Assembly: GCA_028534125.1 (NCBI GenBank)
Contig: CM052818.1
Location: 25,980,001-26,043,780 of the forward strand
Length of the DNA stretch: 63,780 nt
Reading direction: 5' to 3'
From: Lama glama
Lineage: Eukaryota
Numbering within the stretch: the stretch's first letter is position 1; the number at the start of each line of letters is the position of its first letter. The position numbers and the translations under genes are program-made. A model generated the notes under the pieces. The model had not been told where the DNA came from. It did no database searches and saw only the letters and a program-made list of their open reading frames with translations. Shown piece by piece: positions 1 through 13,250 of the stretch.

Positions 1-1567
1 GCCTTTATCATTAAATCTGAATATTCCAAATTTATTATCTTGTTTAATGCAGGGGAATTATGAGAGGACATCAGGCATGCCCAGTTGCCGCCGATTTATT
101 GCAAACACTTATGAACAGAGAATTGCAAAACATTTTTTCCTTGGGCCCCTAATGCTCTTGGTATAATGCCTATGCAGACAGTTTGTAAGCTCACTTCCTT
201 CCCTGGATGTTGACTCACTAGGCACATATTGATTGCCTGCTCTATTCTGACTATGCTTTATGCTGGGGAGACAGTGGTGAACCACAGGCACAGTCTTTGC
301 ATAGCTTTTATATTCTAGCGAGAGATGCTGGTGCACGCCAAATTTGGCTTTATCTCCTGCTGCTAATGTAGGATGGCCTGTCATTCGCCTGGGGTACAGC
401 AGAGGGCAGATGAAGTCTATCTTTCAGAATCATTCGCGGCAGCCTAGCATCTTAGCTGGTAGGTTAGAACTGTTACCTCACTTTTTGAAGGAAACTAGCA
501 TCTGGTTTTGTATTTTGCTCATTGCTTGTCTGACTTTAGGTACCTCTGGTATCAAATGTGGGAAGAAGCCAAACTGCAGGTACATTTTCTCTTTCAGAGT
601 AAATATTTTTGGGGAATCATTGTGAGGGGAGCTTGCTAAATAAAGGAGTTCTACTCTGAATGCTTTCAAAAGTAAGGACTATTCAATGGATTTGATATTT
701 AATTGAATATTTTCTATAAATCAGAATTTTCATGTAGGGGTTTGCTTAAATTGAACTGTAGCTGCGTTTTGGTTGTTGCTGAGAGGATGAGTAAAGAGAC
801 CATCATTCTCATTAGCTAATCTTATTCCTGTTTCAGAAGTAGTAGCCTCCCCTACTCCCTCAGCCTTTTGGAGTGAATAAGAGAGTATTTTAGAAATGAA
901 GAGAAAATTTTTGAATGCATGCTGTTATGGCCACAAGAATGGCATCAGCGGAGCAGAAGAGAGCAAAGGACCATTTGGGCAAAGAACCTCAAGAGAATAT
1001 TCTAATTTTGAATATTTAATGCTCTGTTAGATTTTCTGGGTGCTTTAAAGCAATCAGTATTCGTTTGATGTATGAAGCAAGACGTTGGGATTTCCTATGA
1101 AAAGGAAAATCTGAACAAGAGGAAAGGTACCTGAGTGATACCTTTTGTCAACCAGCACCTTACTGGATCTTTTATTCATCTATGGGTTCCCTGGCCCTCC
1201 TGTTCTATTACTTTCTATGGGACAAACACAGGAAAGCTGCACTAATTTTGCACTGTCTACAGCCCCCTAGAGAGCGAGTGGGTGAGCAGCTATGGAAGGG
1301 GAGGGGGCCAAATCAATTTCTAGTGAATCTGAGAGCCAATCACATCTTATTATTCTGTTGAATTATTTATCTTCTCCAGTAGATAGTAAGTTCTGTGGGA
1401 TGGGGCCATGTTTATCTTGTTCACCACTGACTTTCCTGGGCCCAGGACGTTTTTCATACACCAATACTTTAGGAGCATAAATGACAGCCCTCCCACTGAG
1501 CTCATTAAGGAAAGACTAAAGAGATTTAAGAAGCGTGGATAATCCCATCCATGAGTTGTTTGGAAAT

Positions 1568-1587
1568 TGTGTGTGTGTGTGTGTGTG
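1568..1587. repeat. (TG)10 microsatellite
   Basis: Read directly from the sequence. Confidence 0.95.
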
Positions 1588-1974
1588 TTTGATTTCCAAT
1601 CATCTATGCCTGCATCACCTATGAATATAATGAAATGCCTAGGTAACAAGTAGGAATAGCTAAGGAACTCTGACGTCCATCCAGAGCTGACCATTCAATT
1701 TTGAGGATTCTTTTAATTAGAAGGGCCCTACCCTGCCCCACCCATCCAATTCAGGAATGCATAGTGTCCCCAAAGGGAAGTCACCATGTTCCGCTGGAAA
1801 TCTCATCAAATCCTGAGAGAGCTATTCCATTCCTTGTTCTTCCTTTTCCTTTTTTTTTTCTATAAAGTTTAAACTTTATAGAAAAAGACAGAAAATAATG
1901 TAACAACATTCATATGCCGCTGCCTAAGAGCAAACAAGTACTAATATTTCGTCACTTGGGCCTCAGCCATCCAT

Positions 1975-2410
1975 TGTTAGGAAATCGTTCCCCATGGGTC
2001 TCTCACCTTTGTGTACACCTGTGAGTGAACTACTGACGGCTCCTTGTTCCGGGCCATCTTCTCAAGGATGTCTGGATGGTAAATGACTATGGAAGGTGGA
2101 GATAGTGGTTCCCTACAGAATAAAGGGCAGATTTCTTACTACCTTGGAAGACAGAGTATGTCTCGCACTGGAGCAAACAGCAGGTATGTTTAGTGCCCAT
2201 TATTAAATCATCAGGTTCCCTAAACCCAGGGCTCTCTCCTGTAATCCAACCACTGCAGGCGCAGGTGTCACCTGGTCCTCTCAACACGCCCTGAGGAAAT
2301 CGGCACCAAAATGCTGATCTCTCACTCCTAACTACTGCTGTGAGTAATAAACTATCTTTTGTCCTGGATCCTGGAGTTTTGTACCAGCATCCATGAAACT
2401 GGCAGGTTAT
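1975..2410 (+). mobile_element. ERVL solo LTR, LTR40-like
   Basis: Starts TGTTAGGAAATCGTTCCCCATGGGTCTCTC. Has the duplicated GGAAG..AGA(T/G)AGT..CCC..GAGCAAA/GAATAAAGGGCAG module, GGTTCCCTAAACCCAGGG and an AATAAA near the 3' end, matching the LTR40 consensus as I recall it. 3' end approximate. Confidence 0.75.
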
Positions 2411-2419
2411 TATTTAAAC

Positions 2420-2925
2420 TATCTTAAGGCCAGAGAAACAGGAGGAAATAGCTCCCAAGTATTACTGATATTAAAACTTGATAAAAATAGAAAAAGAAGA
2501 ACAGAAAACAGTTTTACTTGTGAATGTAAAAGCTAAAATGCTAAACAAAAATTAGTAAGCACAATCTAGTAGAAAGTTATAAAAAAGAATGAAAGGAAAT
2601 TAAGTCCAAGTTTATTGCAGGTTTGCAAAGGTAGTTTAAAATTTGGAAATTTATCCAAAAAATTTACTACTAGACTAAAAGAGAAAAAAACTGCATTATT
2701 AGAATAATCGAAAGTAAAGCCATTTGATAAAACCTAGCAGCAATTACTAATAAACATTCCACGCAAAATAGGGATAGAATAAAGCTTTTTAAACCTGATA
2801 ATGACTGTAGCAAGCTATGAAACAGTGAAGCCATTTACAAATCAGGAACAAGTAGCTTTGACCACTATTACCATTGACCGTTATTTACTATCGTTTTGGA
2901 AGTCCCAAGTGCTGCAATAGGATCG
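2420..2925 (+). mobile_element. Old L1 ORF2 (RT region) fragment, degenerate
   Basis: A-rich, with L1 ORF2 remnants such as AAAGCCATTTGATAAAA, TCAGGAACAAG and GTTTTGGAAGTCCC..GCAATAGG. No open frame. Confidence 0.7.
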
Positions 2926-2984
2926 TGGAATATGCAAAACGCTGGAGAAGAACCCGTCACAGAGAGGCAGTACGTGCCAAGGAA

Positions 2985-3200
2985 AGATCAGGAGCTTGAG
3001 ACAGACAGACGACATGGCTCGGAATCTCAGTTTGGCTCCATTTTTTCTGTGGAGCTTTGGGCAAGCTATTTCATTTTGTTTTACAATTCCATTTTCTCTT
3101 CAGTGAAATGGGTATAATAATTTTTTGGAGACCCTGAACGGACTGAATTCCCTTCTGTCTCATCAAAGGGCCCAGCTCAGTGCCTGACACATGTTCATTA
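2985..3200 (+). mobile_element. MIR SINE fragment
   Basis: MIR core-like ..TTTGGGCAAGCTATTT..TTTCTCTTCAGTGAAATGGGTATAATAA.. and CAGTGCCTGACACAT. Confidence 0.6.
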
Positions 3201-4039
3201 TTCCATAAACGCTCATTTCTTCCAACACTTGCAACTTCTGAGAATTTGAAAAGGAACATGGTTTTGGGTGTTTGTAAAGCCTGTCGCTATAGCAGCCTCT
3301 GGGATTAAGAATAAAACCCATGCAGAGATGCCTAGTTCTTTTTAGTCAAGTTTCTTCCAGAAACTTGAGAACTTTCAAATCTGGCAACCCAACTTGATAA
3401 TTCTGCCTCTTACAGAAGAAAGTCCATAAACATTAGCTCCTCTGAGACAGACAAATCACAGGAACCACAAGTTCCACAGTGTTTCATAGTCTTATGACAA
3501 ACACCATCTGATGAGTCCCTGGATGAGGAATCTTTTCTTACCATGATCCCACTGGCCAGGCCCAAAGTCGGCTTTGCCTCCTTCTCTTGGTTTCGGCACT
3601 TTGCTCATATGACTCGTTTGCACTTTTGCCTATCGTGAGCTTGGCTATCGGCTGGTCTGATAGGTTTCCAGCCCTGCAGAGCCAGTCCACCTCTGCAGAG
3701 AGTCCTGGGAAGCCTCCTGGTCCAGCCACTAACAGGTGGCCCTCAGCTCCAGCAATATCATGCCAGGCTGAAGGGTTATTTCTTAGGAATGTTTTTTAAG
3801 CTTATGGCTCAGCCTTCACTGCTCATCTGAAAGAAGTATCTTGGTGTCTCCTTAGGGAGATACCACTCCCGTCATCAACTCTGGGATTCAGGGTCTGTCC
3901 TGCGCCACAGGAGAGCCCTCAGACCTACCCCTGCCCCCAGCAAGCCCTCGCATCCGCCTCATCCCTTCCGGTGTCCCTTTCCTCTCCCCGTAGGTGTGTC
4001 TCTACTTGTTAATGAGAGACTGTCTTGCTTGCCTAGGGT

Positions 4040-4560
4040 CTAAGTGAAAGATTATTTGGGTATAAGGAACAGATATTCTAACCCCCACGCCACCCCCAGC
4101 TTAAGCAAAGAGGGGTTTATATTCAGTGTCAAGGGAAAATCTCTCAGGCATCTAAGCACAAGACACAAAGTGCAGCCAGACCGGAAATGCAACTGGAATA
4201 TTGGAACTGAGGTTGCCCTCTCTGATTCTAAGGCTCAGAGGACCTCTCTCATCGCAATTTCTCCATCTCCTCTGTCTCTAGGGGCTTCTTGGGCTACGAT
4301 GGCTGCCGCAGTCATGGTTCTACATGACATCTCAGTTCAATCACCTACATTTACCTCATGATTTTTCATCTCTGTGACAACTCAAATATTCAAAGAGTCT
4401 GACTGGCGGCTTGTCAGCCAATAGATTGACAAATTTAAGTCAGGTGTCAACCTCTGGTCCAATCAGCCGATCAGAAGGCAGGGCAAGGTAAAAAGCACTG
4501 GCTGTGGGCCAGAACAGGTTCTCTGAGAGGAGGGTGGTTAGGTCAGGTCAGCTACCCAGG
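4040..4560 (-). mobile_element. Old MaLR (MLT1-type) LTR, degenerate
   Basis: AGCTTAAGCAAAGAGGGGTTTATATT start, plus GAGTCTGACTGGC and GGTCCAATCAGC motifs typical of reverse-oriented old MLT1 LTRs. Confidence 0.45.
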
Positions 4561-4959
4561 AACTAGTCAGGTACCAACCCTAGCCCCTCCTATTTAGATA
4601 AAGCCTGACAAAGAGCTTTTACATGTACTGTGTTATTTCCTTGCTTGCTTGATTACTTTGTTCATTCAACAAACAATCTTGACATACCCTGTACTAATCA
4701 CTGGAATAGATATCAACCAGGCCATATTCCAATATGAGTATGTTGTCCTCAAGGCAGTCCTACTAGGAGTAGGGGTGCAGGGTTAACGAATATGCAGGGA
4801 ATGTGATGTTAGTGCACTGATGGAGAAAGGCGGGCTGCTCTGGACACACAGAGAAGGGTAGAACTCAGGCTTGAGAGTGAAAGGAACAAATTATGAAGCT
4901 GATTCTGTGGTGTGATTGTCTTCACACATCACAGAAATCAGGAGGTTGCCAAGACAGGT

Positions 4960-5100
4960 AAAAATGTCACCCAATTTGACAGTTGAGACAGTTCAGGCTC
5001 AGAGAGGTTAGGTGATATGCCCAACACTGCACAGCACTGGAATCAAGACTGGAGTCCAGATCCTCTGACTCCTAGTCCAGTGCTCACTCCTTTCACCTGA
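4960..5100 (-). mobile_element. MIR fragment
   Basis: CAGGCTCAGAGAGGTTAGGTGATATGCCCAA..CAGATCCTCTGACTCCTAGTCCAGTGCTC, the reverse MIR core. Confidence 0.7.
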
Positions 5101-6289
5101 GTTTCCACTCCACGTGGGTTTGCTCTGGTGATCTGTTGGGTAGGACTCATCACATTAGCAGGGTGCTTGGAGACTTGGCTTGGTCACTACCCCAATACCT
5201 GGTGTGGTCACATTCTACAGATCCTTTAAGGCTGGGGTGATGGGTGTGATAGGAGAGGGGCAGAGGAGGAGGGGGAGTTGGGGAACCTATCATCACTTGG
5301 CCTGGGGGGGGGTGGAGTTGGGGCTCAGAATTCTAGCTCATATAACAGAGGATGTCTGACTGAAAGTCAGGGGGCCTTGTAGAGGAGAATCAGACAGACC
5401 CCTACTGTGCCTCTAACAGGCCTGTATGTCAGGGAGGGTACAAAAGATATAGGAGGTCCTGTGTCTGCTCGCAGGATCTCTTTTGAGGTAGAGTTGGCGG
5501 TGCTGGACATTCCTGCCCAGAGGAGGCCCAGCTGCACAGACCCTACTAGGTGGCCATGCCCACTAGGTGACAGGGCCATCCCTGGGTAGTGACATGAATT
5601 TGTCCTGGGAAAGGGAACTCAGGACAGGTGGAGGCTACATCCTCCTTTCCCTTCACATGTCTACTTCCCTCTCGGCTTCCCTCCTGACCCACACCCCTCC
5701 TTTCTGCTGCCAAAGAATTGGTGAGGCCTGTGTCTGGTGGACAACTGTCACAGAGAATCATGTGCAGTTTTCAGAGTTTGCATTCACCCCCTTTCCTGTT
5801 GTTCAGAAACCTGCAGTTTCCTTGAGATGCCACTCACCACACTTCTTGCTCTTGCATTCTCCCTCTTGAAGCACGGGGCCATCTGGGTTCATTTCTGTTG
5901 TGATAGAAACACAGAAGCCACCCCTTTACTGCAGGAAAATCAACACCATGGACATGATGATCGACGGCAGCTGACGCTGAACCTGACAGCTGGGGAGGCC
6001 ACCGGACTGGTGGGGCTGATAGAGGACGCAATGCGTCCGGTGGGGACATTGCTTCCCAGTGCCCATCGTGACTGCCAGGGGGGCCTGCAGTTACCAGCCC
6101 TTTCTATTTTTTAAAGAAACTGGAAATATGAATTGAAAAACCAGCACAAAATTGGCACAGACATTTCTTAAAAATTGAGATTAGAACGAACAAAATATGA
6201 TTTGGTTTGAAGGCAGGTCAACTTGTAACGTCTGAGCTACCTGTTCTTTAAAAAGCCCCTCAAAGGCCCTTCACCTCTGGGTCTTCTTC

Positions 6290-6702
6290 TTCAAAACCTG
6301 CAACTTTAGTCTATTCTGAGACAACCTCATACATGTCCCTCAAACTGAGGGACATTCTAGGACGTATCTGACCAGTACTCTTCACCGTAATCGAGGTCAT
6401 GTCCAGGAAGGACAGAAAAACTGTCACAGATTGGAGGAGACAAAGGAGACACAATGACTAAACACGACGTGGGATCCTGAAACGTTAGTGAAGAAATGGA
6501 TGAGATACGACTAGTGTGTGGAGTTAGCTGATGGTACGGTACCAATGTGAATTACTTAACTTTGACAACTGCAGCACATGAGATCATGAAAGATGTTAAC
6601 ATTAGTGGACCCGGAGTCAAGGGTATAAGGGAACTTTTTGTATTATGTTTGCAACTTTTCGGTAAAACTAAAATTATTCCCAAATTAAAAGTTTATTAAA
6701 AA
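6290..6702 (+). mobile_element. L1MC/L1MD-type 3' end
   Basis: CAAACTGAGGGACATTCTA, AAACTGTCACAGATTGGAGGAGAC, GATGTTAACATTAG and TTTGCAACTTTTC..TAAAATTATTCC..AAAGTTTATTAAAAA are characteristic of old L1MC 3' UTRs. Confidence 0.75.
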
Positions 6703-7959
6703 GAACAAGTCCCTCCCAAGGCTGAGATAACCTCTGGTTGTTATGGTTCAGAAAATGAAGGCAGGTTTCCAATGTCAAAACAAATGCAGGCCCACTGGTG
6801 TTCCTTCTTCCACCCTGTGAAGCGTGCTTAGCATGGTGTCAGGTTCTACTGCCATTTTCTTTTAGGGTCAGATGGTACCAAGGTCTCCTAAAATGGGCCC
6901 GTGGGGCAGCCCAGAAGCATGCAAGTAGGCAGGCAACTTTACTATACAAGATGGTGTCTCTTTTCCTAGTAGAGAGAGATCTGTTTAATGGCCACACCCA
7001 CTGCTGCACTCACTCTAACTGCCCTGTGGTGACGGTGACAGGAGTCAGAGTCTGAAATGCATAGGCAAAGTTTTAGGAGCGTTCCCAGGACTGACGTTTA
7101 CCTACGGATACAGTGGTTAGACCTGCCAGCCAGGCTGTGCAGCTGGATCATTTTCTACATGGCTCCTGGCTTTGTGTAGTAGGATCCAAGCAGAAGGCCC
7201 TCCTTTCTAAGAAAACATTCCCAGGGTCGGGAACAATGGAGAGGCAGAGAGGGCTGAAGTGAGCCGTCAGAGTGAGGAAGGGGCCAGCATGGGAGTGAGA
7301 AACCCGGACAAATATTTTCATCTCTCCGGAGGAGTCGAATTTCTCCAAATCTGTGGTTCCTCCAACTCCATACAATTGTATCACTTTGCAGTGTTCCCAG
7401 GCAATTATTCCTCCTCGCAAGGCTGCACCTCCCCGTTCAGGACCCAATCAAGTGACCACAAATCAACGATAGCCTGGATTCATTCCACTAATAGCATGGA
7501 AAGCCATTAGCTGAAGTTGTTTGAAAAGGGAAGTGGCTCAGATATCTCTGGTCTCACAAGAAAAGCTTCTGTAATGTCAGATTATGGTTACCAAATGGCT
7601 TAGGGACTGAGGCATCATGTTTCTCATAACGAGAGGTTATTTATTGCACCACTGAACCAACAACACTCTCCCTTGCTCACTTGCACAAGATAAGATGAAG
7701 AGTCCTTTCAGGTTGAATTAGGTTTAAAAGGAAAAGCAACACATATGCTCCCCGGCTAATGCCTGGGTTTAGCTCTGGGTGTGCAGGGAGGGAGGCAGAT
7801 GGCTCCCTCTGTGGGTGGCCCCAGGGGCCCTGCAAGGCTCTCCTTGCCCCAGTCCCTAATAGTTGAAGTTGAACTCATGGGAGATTTCTTTCAGTTACAG
7901 CACTGCTTCCAAAAGAGTCTTTGTCAAAATGTTAAGAATCTGGGCTGTTGGTCATCATT

Positions 7960-8470
7960 AACCTAACAGGGCCCCCTCTTTTTCTGGGGGAACTACTTCT
8001 CCCAGTGCCCTTTCCTAGTGGTTGGGAGGAGCTGCCAATCCCAGAATCCCATGCTCTTGGCCAGGATTTAAGCAGGCATCCATCCCTCAGGCCACAGTGA
8101 TTGGTCCAGGGATGGGCACATGACAGAATCTGGGCCAATCAGATGTCTTTCTAGGACTGTTCAAAGAGCTGGTGGTGAAGCCATCTTAGCTCCAGGTGGT
8201 TGGAGGGCTGGATGGGAATCTACCTTCCAGGGTGTATGTTCTCAGTCACACGGAGAAAACCCACCTGCGCTGGTGAGAATAAAGCCAAGCAGGGGTCAGG
8301 AGAGAGGAGAGACAGAGAGAGTGGTCTTCATGACACGGAGGCCCAATTCTAGGCATTGAGAGCCCAAACGTGTGTTTGGATGTTCCAGTATCTCTCCAGT
8401 GAAGCCTCGTTGTAATTAAGCTTGTTCGTATTGGGCTCCTACCACTCTCAAGAAGGAATATTCTAACTAC
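7960..8470 (+). mobile_element. Old MaLR LTR (MLT1K/L-like)
   Basis: GGCCACAGTGATTGGTCCAGGGATGGGCACATGAC..GGGCCAATCAGA core, ending in TTAAGCTTGTTCGTATTGGG..CTAACTAC. Confidence 0.6.
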
Positions 8471-9619
8471 TGCTCTGGTCAATGTACCTGTCTTCCGTGG
8501 CTCTCCATGAACACCATCCCCGGACCTGCAAGAGAGGGCTGCCTGTGGCTTGGCTTTGCTGGCCTTGGTGTCCCCGAGGGCACACGGTGGCTGGGCTCCA
8601 AGACGTCAGGAAGGAGCGGACGTGCGGGAGGTGAGTGCAGTGAAGACACCTCGGCCTGGCAGATGCGAAGGGAGGAGCAGCAGTGCGGACTGCTCCTCGG
8701 GGGCTTTATCACTCTGCTCACTGGGTTTTCTGGTCAGGTTCTTTTGAAGAAAGGGCTCTGCAGCAGTTCTACGTCCAGTCGCTTAGATGTGTACCTGCCT
8801 CTGCAGGGCTGACGTACTTTACGATTTCTCTTTCTTAGTCACCGGGCCTGGGCACGGTTTAGGTTAGAGGCTGAAGAGCTTTCTGTGTTGACGGGAGGGG
8901 TGGGCTCAGGCCAAGCATGCAAGGTTGAGGGGGAGTCACGTGGGAGCGCGGAGGCGAGCTCGTCACATGAGTGGGGACAGGTCTGCACTCCCACCCAGGT
9001 CCTCCCAGCGGCCTCCACCCCTTCCTCGGACTTCAGCAGGCCCCCGCTGAGATAAGCCTGGACTAAGGCAGTCCTGTCGAGTTTCCGCCTCAGCTGGCCA
9101 TTCTCATCCTTTGATGCTCCATCCCAGTCAGAAGGGCATGTGTGGGCGTGCAGGGTGGTCTGCACCTCCTGACTCCCGGACTGACCAGGCGGGAAGGCGG
9201 CCACTTGCCCAGCCCAGGTGCTCTGAGGCCTGAGCCTGCTGTGAGTGTGGCAGGATGTCAGGCCGGAGCGGGGAGGTGAGAGGACAGAGGGGAAGCACGT
9301 GGGGTGGAGAATAATAAACTCCTTCATGGCTCTGAAGGCTCTTGGAGTCTGATTTTCAATTATAAATAATCCCAGGGTTTGTTCAAAGCTCAACAACCTC
9401 CCCTAGGGCCCTACAGCTGGGCAGAGCAGCCCACGTGACTTTTCAGATCTCACGGGTACAACCTCCTTTATGGCCTTTGCAGTAATGGAGGAGGGGTTAG
9501 GAGAAGACAGCTGAAAGACATTTATGGACCTGAAATCAAAGTTCCCACCACATATGTTTACTGAGTTTTTGTGCAGGTTATGTTAACAGAGAATGCTGTG
9601 CTTGCAATGGGGAGTTTTC

Positions 9620-10103
9620 TTGTTTCTTTTTTGTTTTTTTAATGAAGTATAGTCGATTTACAATGTTGTGTTTGTTTCTGGTGTACAGCATAGTGATTCA
9701 GTTACACACATATATATTCCTTTTCATATTCTTTTTCATTATAGGCTATTACAAGGTATCGAATACAGTTCTCTGTGCTATACAGTAAGTCCTTGTTGTT
9801 TACCTATTTTATATATAGTAGTTAGTATCTGCAAATCCTGAACTCCCGATTTATCCCTTCCCATCCCCTTTCCCCCCAGTAACCTTAAGTTTGTTTTCTA
9901 TGTTTGTGAGTCTCTCTTTTGTAAATAAGTTTACTTGTGTCCTCTTTTTTTTTAGATTCCACATATGAGTGATATCATAAGGTATTTTTCTTTCTCTTTA
10001 TGGCTTACTTTAATCAGTATGATGATCTCCAGTTCCATCCATGTTGCTGCAATGGCATTATTTTATTCTCTTTTTATGGCTGAATATTATTCCATTGTGT
10101 GTG

Positions 10104-10135
<32 letters not shown>

Positions 10136-10686
10136 CTGCAACTTTGTTATCCATTCATCTGTTGATAGACAGGTTGCTTCCATGTCTTGGCTATTGTAAA
10201 TAGTGCTGCTATGAATGTTGGGGTGTATGTATCTTTTTGAATTAGAGTTTCTTCTGGATATATGCCCAGGAGTGGGATTGCTGGATCATAGAGTAAGTCT
10301 ATTTTTAGTTTTTTAAGGAACTTTCATACTGTTTTCCATAATGGCTGCACCAATTTACTTTCCCACCAGCAGTGTAGGAGGGTCCCTTTTCTCCCCACCC
10401 TCTCCAGCATTTATGTTTTATGGACTTTTTAACGACGGCCATTCTGAATGGTGTGAGGTGATACCTCATCATAGTTTTGATTTGCATTTCTCTGATAATT
10501 AGCAATATTGAGTATTTTCATGTACCTATTGGCTATTTGTGTCTCTTCACTGGGGAAATATTTGTTCAGGTCTTCTGCCCATGTTTTGATCAGGTTGTTT
10601 GTTTTTTTGTTATTGAATTTTATGAGCTGTTTGTATACTCTGGAAATTAAGCCTTTGTCAGTCTCATCGTTTTGCAAATATTTTCA
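9620..10686 (-). mobile_element. 5'-truncated LINE-1 (artiodactyl-type 3' UTR plus ORF2 C-terminus)
   Basis: T-rich tail at left, L1 3' UTR, and ORF-track hits 10305-10505 and 10429-10677 matching the ORF2 C-terminus ([24 protein letters not shown]). Degenerate TSD CAATGGGGAGTTTTC (9605-9619) vs CAGTGGAGAGCTTTT (10687-10701), followed by AA, i.e. a TTTT/AA endonuclease site. Confidence 0.92.
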
Positions 10687-11653
10687 CAGTGGAGAGCTTT
10701 TAATTTATACAGTTAATCTTTATTGAACACCTATTGTGTGCCTACATACTGTCCTGCATTAGGCATTGGGGTGGAAGGAGAAGCATTGAAAAGTAAGTCA
10801 TTATTCCTGAGTGGGCAGGCAACCACAAGGGGGAAGAGAATGTGCTAGAATACTGGCCTTGCTCAGCTGCCCTAGGACGGGCCTCAGAACGGTGAGGGAG
10901 GCCTGGAGGTGAGGTTGCATTTGGACTGGTTCTTGCAAGAGCTTGAGGGGAACTGAGCAGGACTGGATTCTGAGTCCTGGCAAGAAAGCTCAGGAAGCAA
11001 ATGAGAATCCCAAAGCCCAGCACACAGGAGCCGGCAGAGAGAAAGGGCCCGGCCAAAGTGAAGGGCCTGGTGGGAGGGCTGGTGGGAGGGGTACGATCCA
11101 GGCAGAGGTGGAGCCGGAAGTTGCCCCCACAGCACAGAAGCCAGAGGCTGGGGTTTGTATTGTTTTGTTTTGTTTTTTTTGGTAAACCCTGTGGCTGGTG
11201 GTGTCTGGAAGGGACCTTCTCCAAGAAAGCTTGAGCAGCTGGAAGCTGGGACAGGGTGTGGTGGTCCCCAGGGTACGAGGCCTGTCTTCTTTCTACATAA
11301 CCACAGTCCCAGTCCGCCCCGCCACTGCACGCTAGCGATGACCTAGCCCCAAACGTTTTGATTCAAAAGAAATAATTTTCAGGCAACACCAAGAAATCCC
11401 AGAAGACATATCATTCGAAGGAAATGTCCTTCTAGGGTTTTAATGAAGGTGGAGGGACGGCAGGGTGGAGTTCAAAATCATGTTTCCACCCAAGGGAATG
11501 AAATGGTACATGGTGTCCTTTCAAACTTTGCTTTGCTGTGTTTTGGGAATGGCTTGGGCTCTAGGGTTGCAGGGGAGGATAAAATTATCTCGCTGTAATT
11601 TAAGAAAAAGTGTCCCGTTTTTTTTCTTATCCCCTGTAGAAGTAAAAACAAAA

Positions 11654-11680
11654 TGTGTGTGTGTGTGTGTGTGTGTGTGT
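11654..11680. repeat. (TG)13 microsatellite
   Basis: Read directly from the sequence. Confidence 0.95.
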
Positions 11681-12510
11681 TTGGTGCTGGCTGGAATATC
11701 AGATGACATGACATCTGATAAAAGACTCTTGTTATTTGTGTTATTCAGTGAGTTGCCTTGGAAAGAGACTGTTAAAATCTTTCAAAATCAGCATTTCCAA
11801 GCCTCACAGCAAGGATTTTGACAACAGGAAAAGACATTACATCTTTCCCAAGCCAGTCCTCCAAACACTCCCTTCTTTTCCCTATTATTTTTTCTGCATA
11901 GAAAAGAAGAAATTTGTCCAAGGGAGGAAGATTCAGGACGCTGCATCAGGACTCCTTCTCCTGTAAACCCCACCTCAAACAATTCATTTTCTCAACTTTT
12001 AAAGGATTTGTGGACTCATTAGAAGCTGAACATTCCCAAGAATAGAACACTGTTCAAAGTCCCCAGGTGCCCAGGGCTGGTGAGACACAGTTGGTGGTGT
12101 AAGATCTTGTCTGGCTGTTGCCTGTGTGGGAGTGATGCCTAGCTGGGGAATCCAGGATGGTGGGAATGCAGCCAAAATATGCAGCGGCTGCAAAGAATGC
12201 TGGGAGTTTGGCCCCACTGTGCTCGAACCCAGGGGACAAGGCTAGCTCTGGGAACCTGGGATCATCACGGGAGGGGATGGGTGCCAGAGAAACTGGACAG
12301 GGACAGATTAGAGGGATGCAGGTCCTTCTGGATTTAGTATGTTTCGAGCTCACTCCTCGAGGTCTGAAGATGGAGGAAGTTCTTCCCATCCTACCCTTCC
12401 CTTTTAATTTCTTAAGAAAGACATTAGTTTACCTCTCTGGGCCTCATCTTCCTTGTCCCATGAAGGGATTGAGCTGCATAATAGGGTCTTCTCAGTGCTA
12501 ACCTCCTGCG

Positions 12511-13080
12511 CAGGGCTGGCTACCTAATTTGTTGGGCTCAGTACAGAGTGAAAATGAAAGACTTCCTCAAAAATCAGGGGAAAAGTGCCAATAAAGGTCC
12601 TAATATATAAACCTCTTTCCTTTCTCCCATGTTCTCTCTCTCTTATCATGATCTTTTAATTTACTGTTTAATGTTTTGCTAAGAAAATTAAATATTAGTG
12701 TGAATTTTACCATTCATCTTTATATTGCACAATGCCTGTGTTAGACTTTTAACTATAAGAGCATTTAACTTATATGCACAACCACTGAAATCACACAGTT
12801 TTTGTTTTGCAGCTTGCACACGCACATATATTTTGTCCTTACCAGAACAATAGGAACACTGCCCACAACGAACTCAGTTGTTTTCACTTTGCTTCTTGGC
12901 ATGTGCACATTCTGCTACACTCTGAACCCTGGGCTTCCTGATGAGTAAGGAAGGACTGAAAGGAAAAGGAGCTATGGGATGTGCCTTATCTCTCCCCTTC
13001 CTTCCACACCACCGATTTCAGCATACGTGGCGGAATAATACAGCTAAGTAACATGAGTAAGAAAGCAAAAAGCTGATACA
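12511..13080 (-). mobile_element. hAT-Tip100 non-autonomous DNA transposon, MER45-family (truncated)
   Basis: Begins CAGGGCTGGCTACCTAATTTGTTGGGCTCAGTACAGAGTGAAAATG, the reverse complement of the MER45 terminus as I recall it. The other end was not seen. Confidence 0.7.
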
Positions 13081-13250
13081 GGAAAATATCACCTGCTTCT
13101 ATAAGAAGTAATAAAAAAGGAACCACCATAAGATCTTTTAACATTCAAAGATATTAGATGAAGAAAGAAGGAAGGGAATGGGAAAAACAAATATTAAACG
13201 AATTCCAAGCTCCAGAAAAACATTGCAGTCTAGCTGATAAAAATTATGAC

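Noticed and set aside
8839..9396. 185-aa minus-strand ORF
   Set aside because: Non-ATG start, GC-rich context that favours long chance ORFs, no recognisable homology and no convincing splice acceptor.
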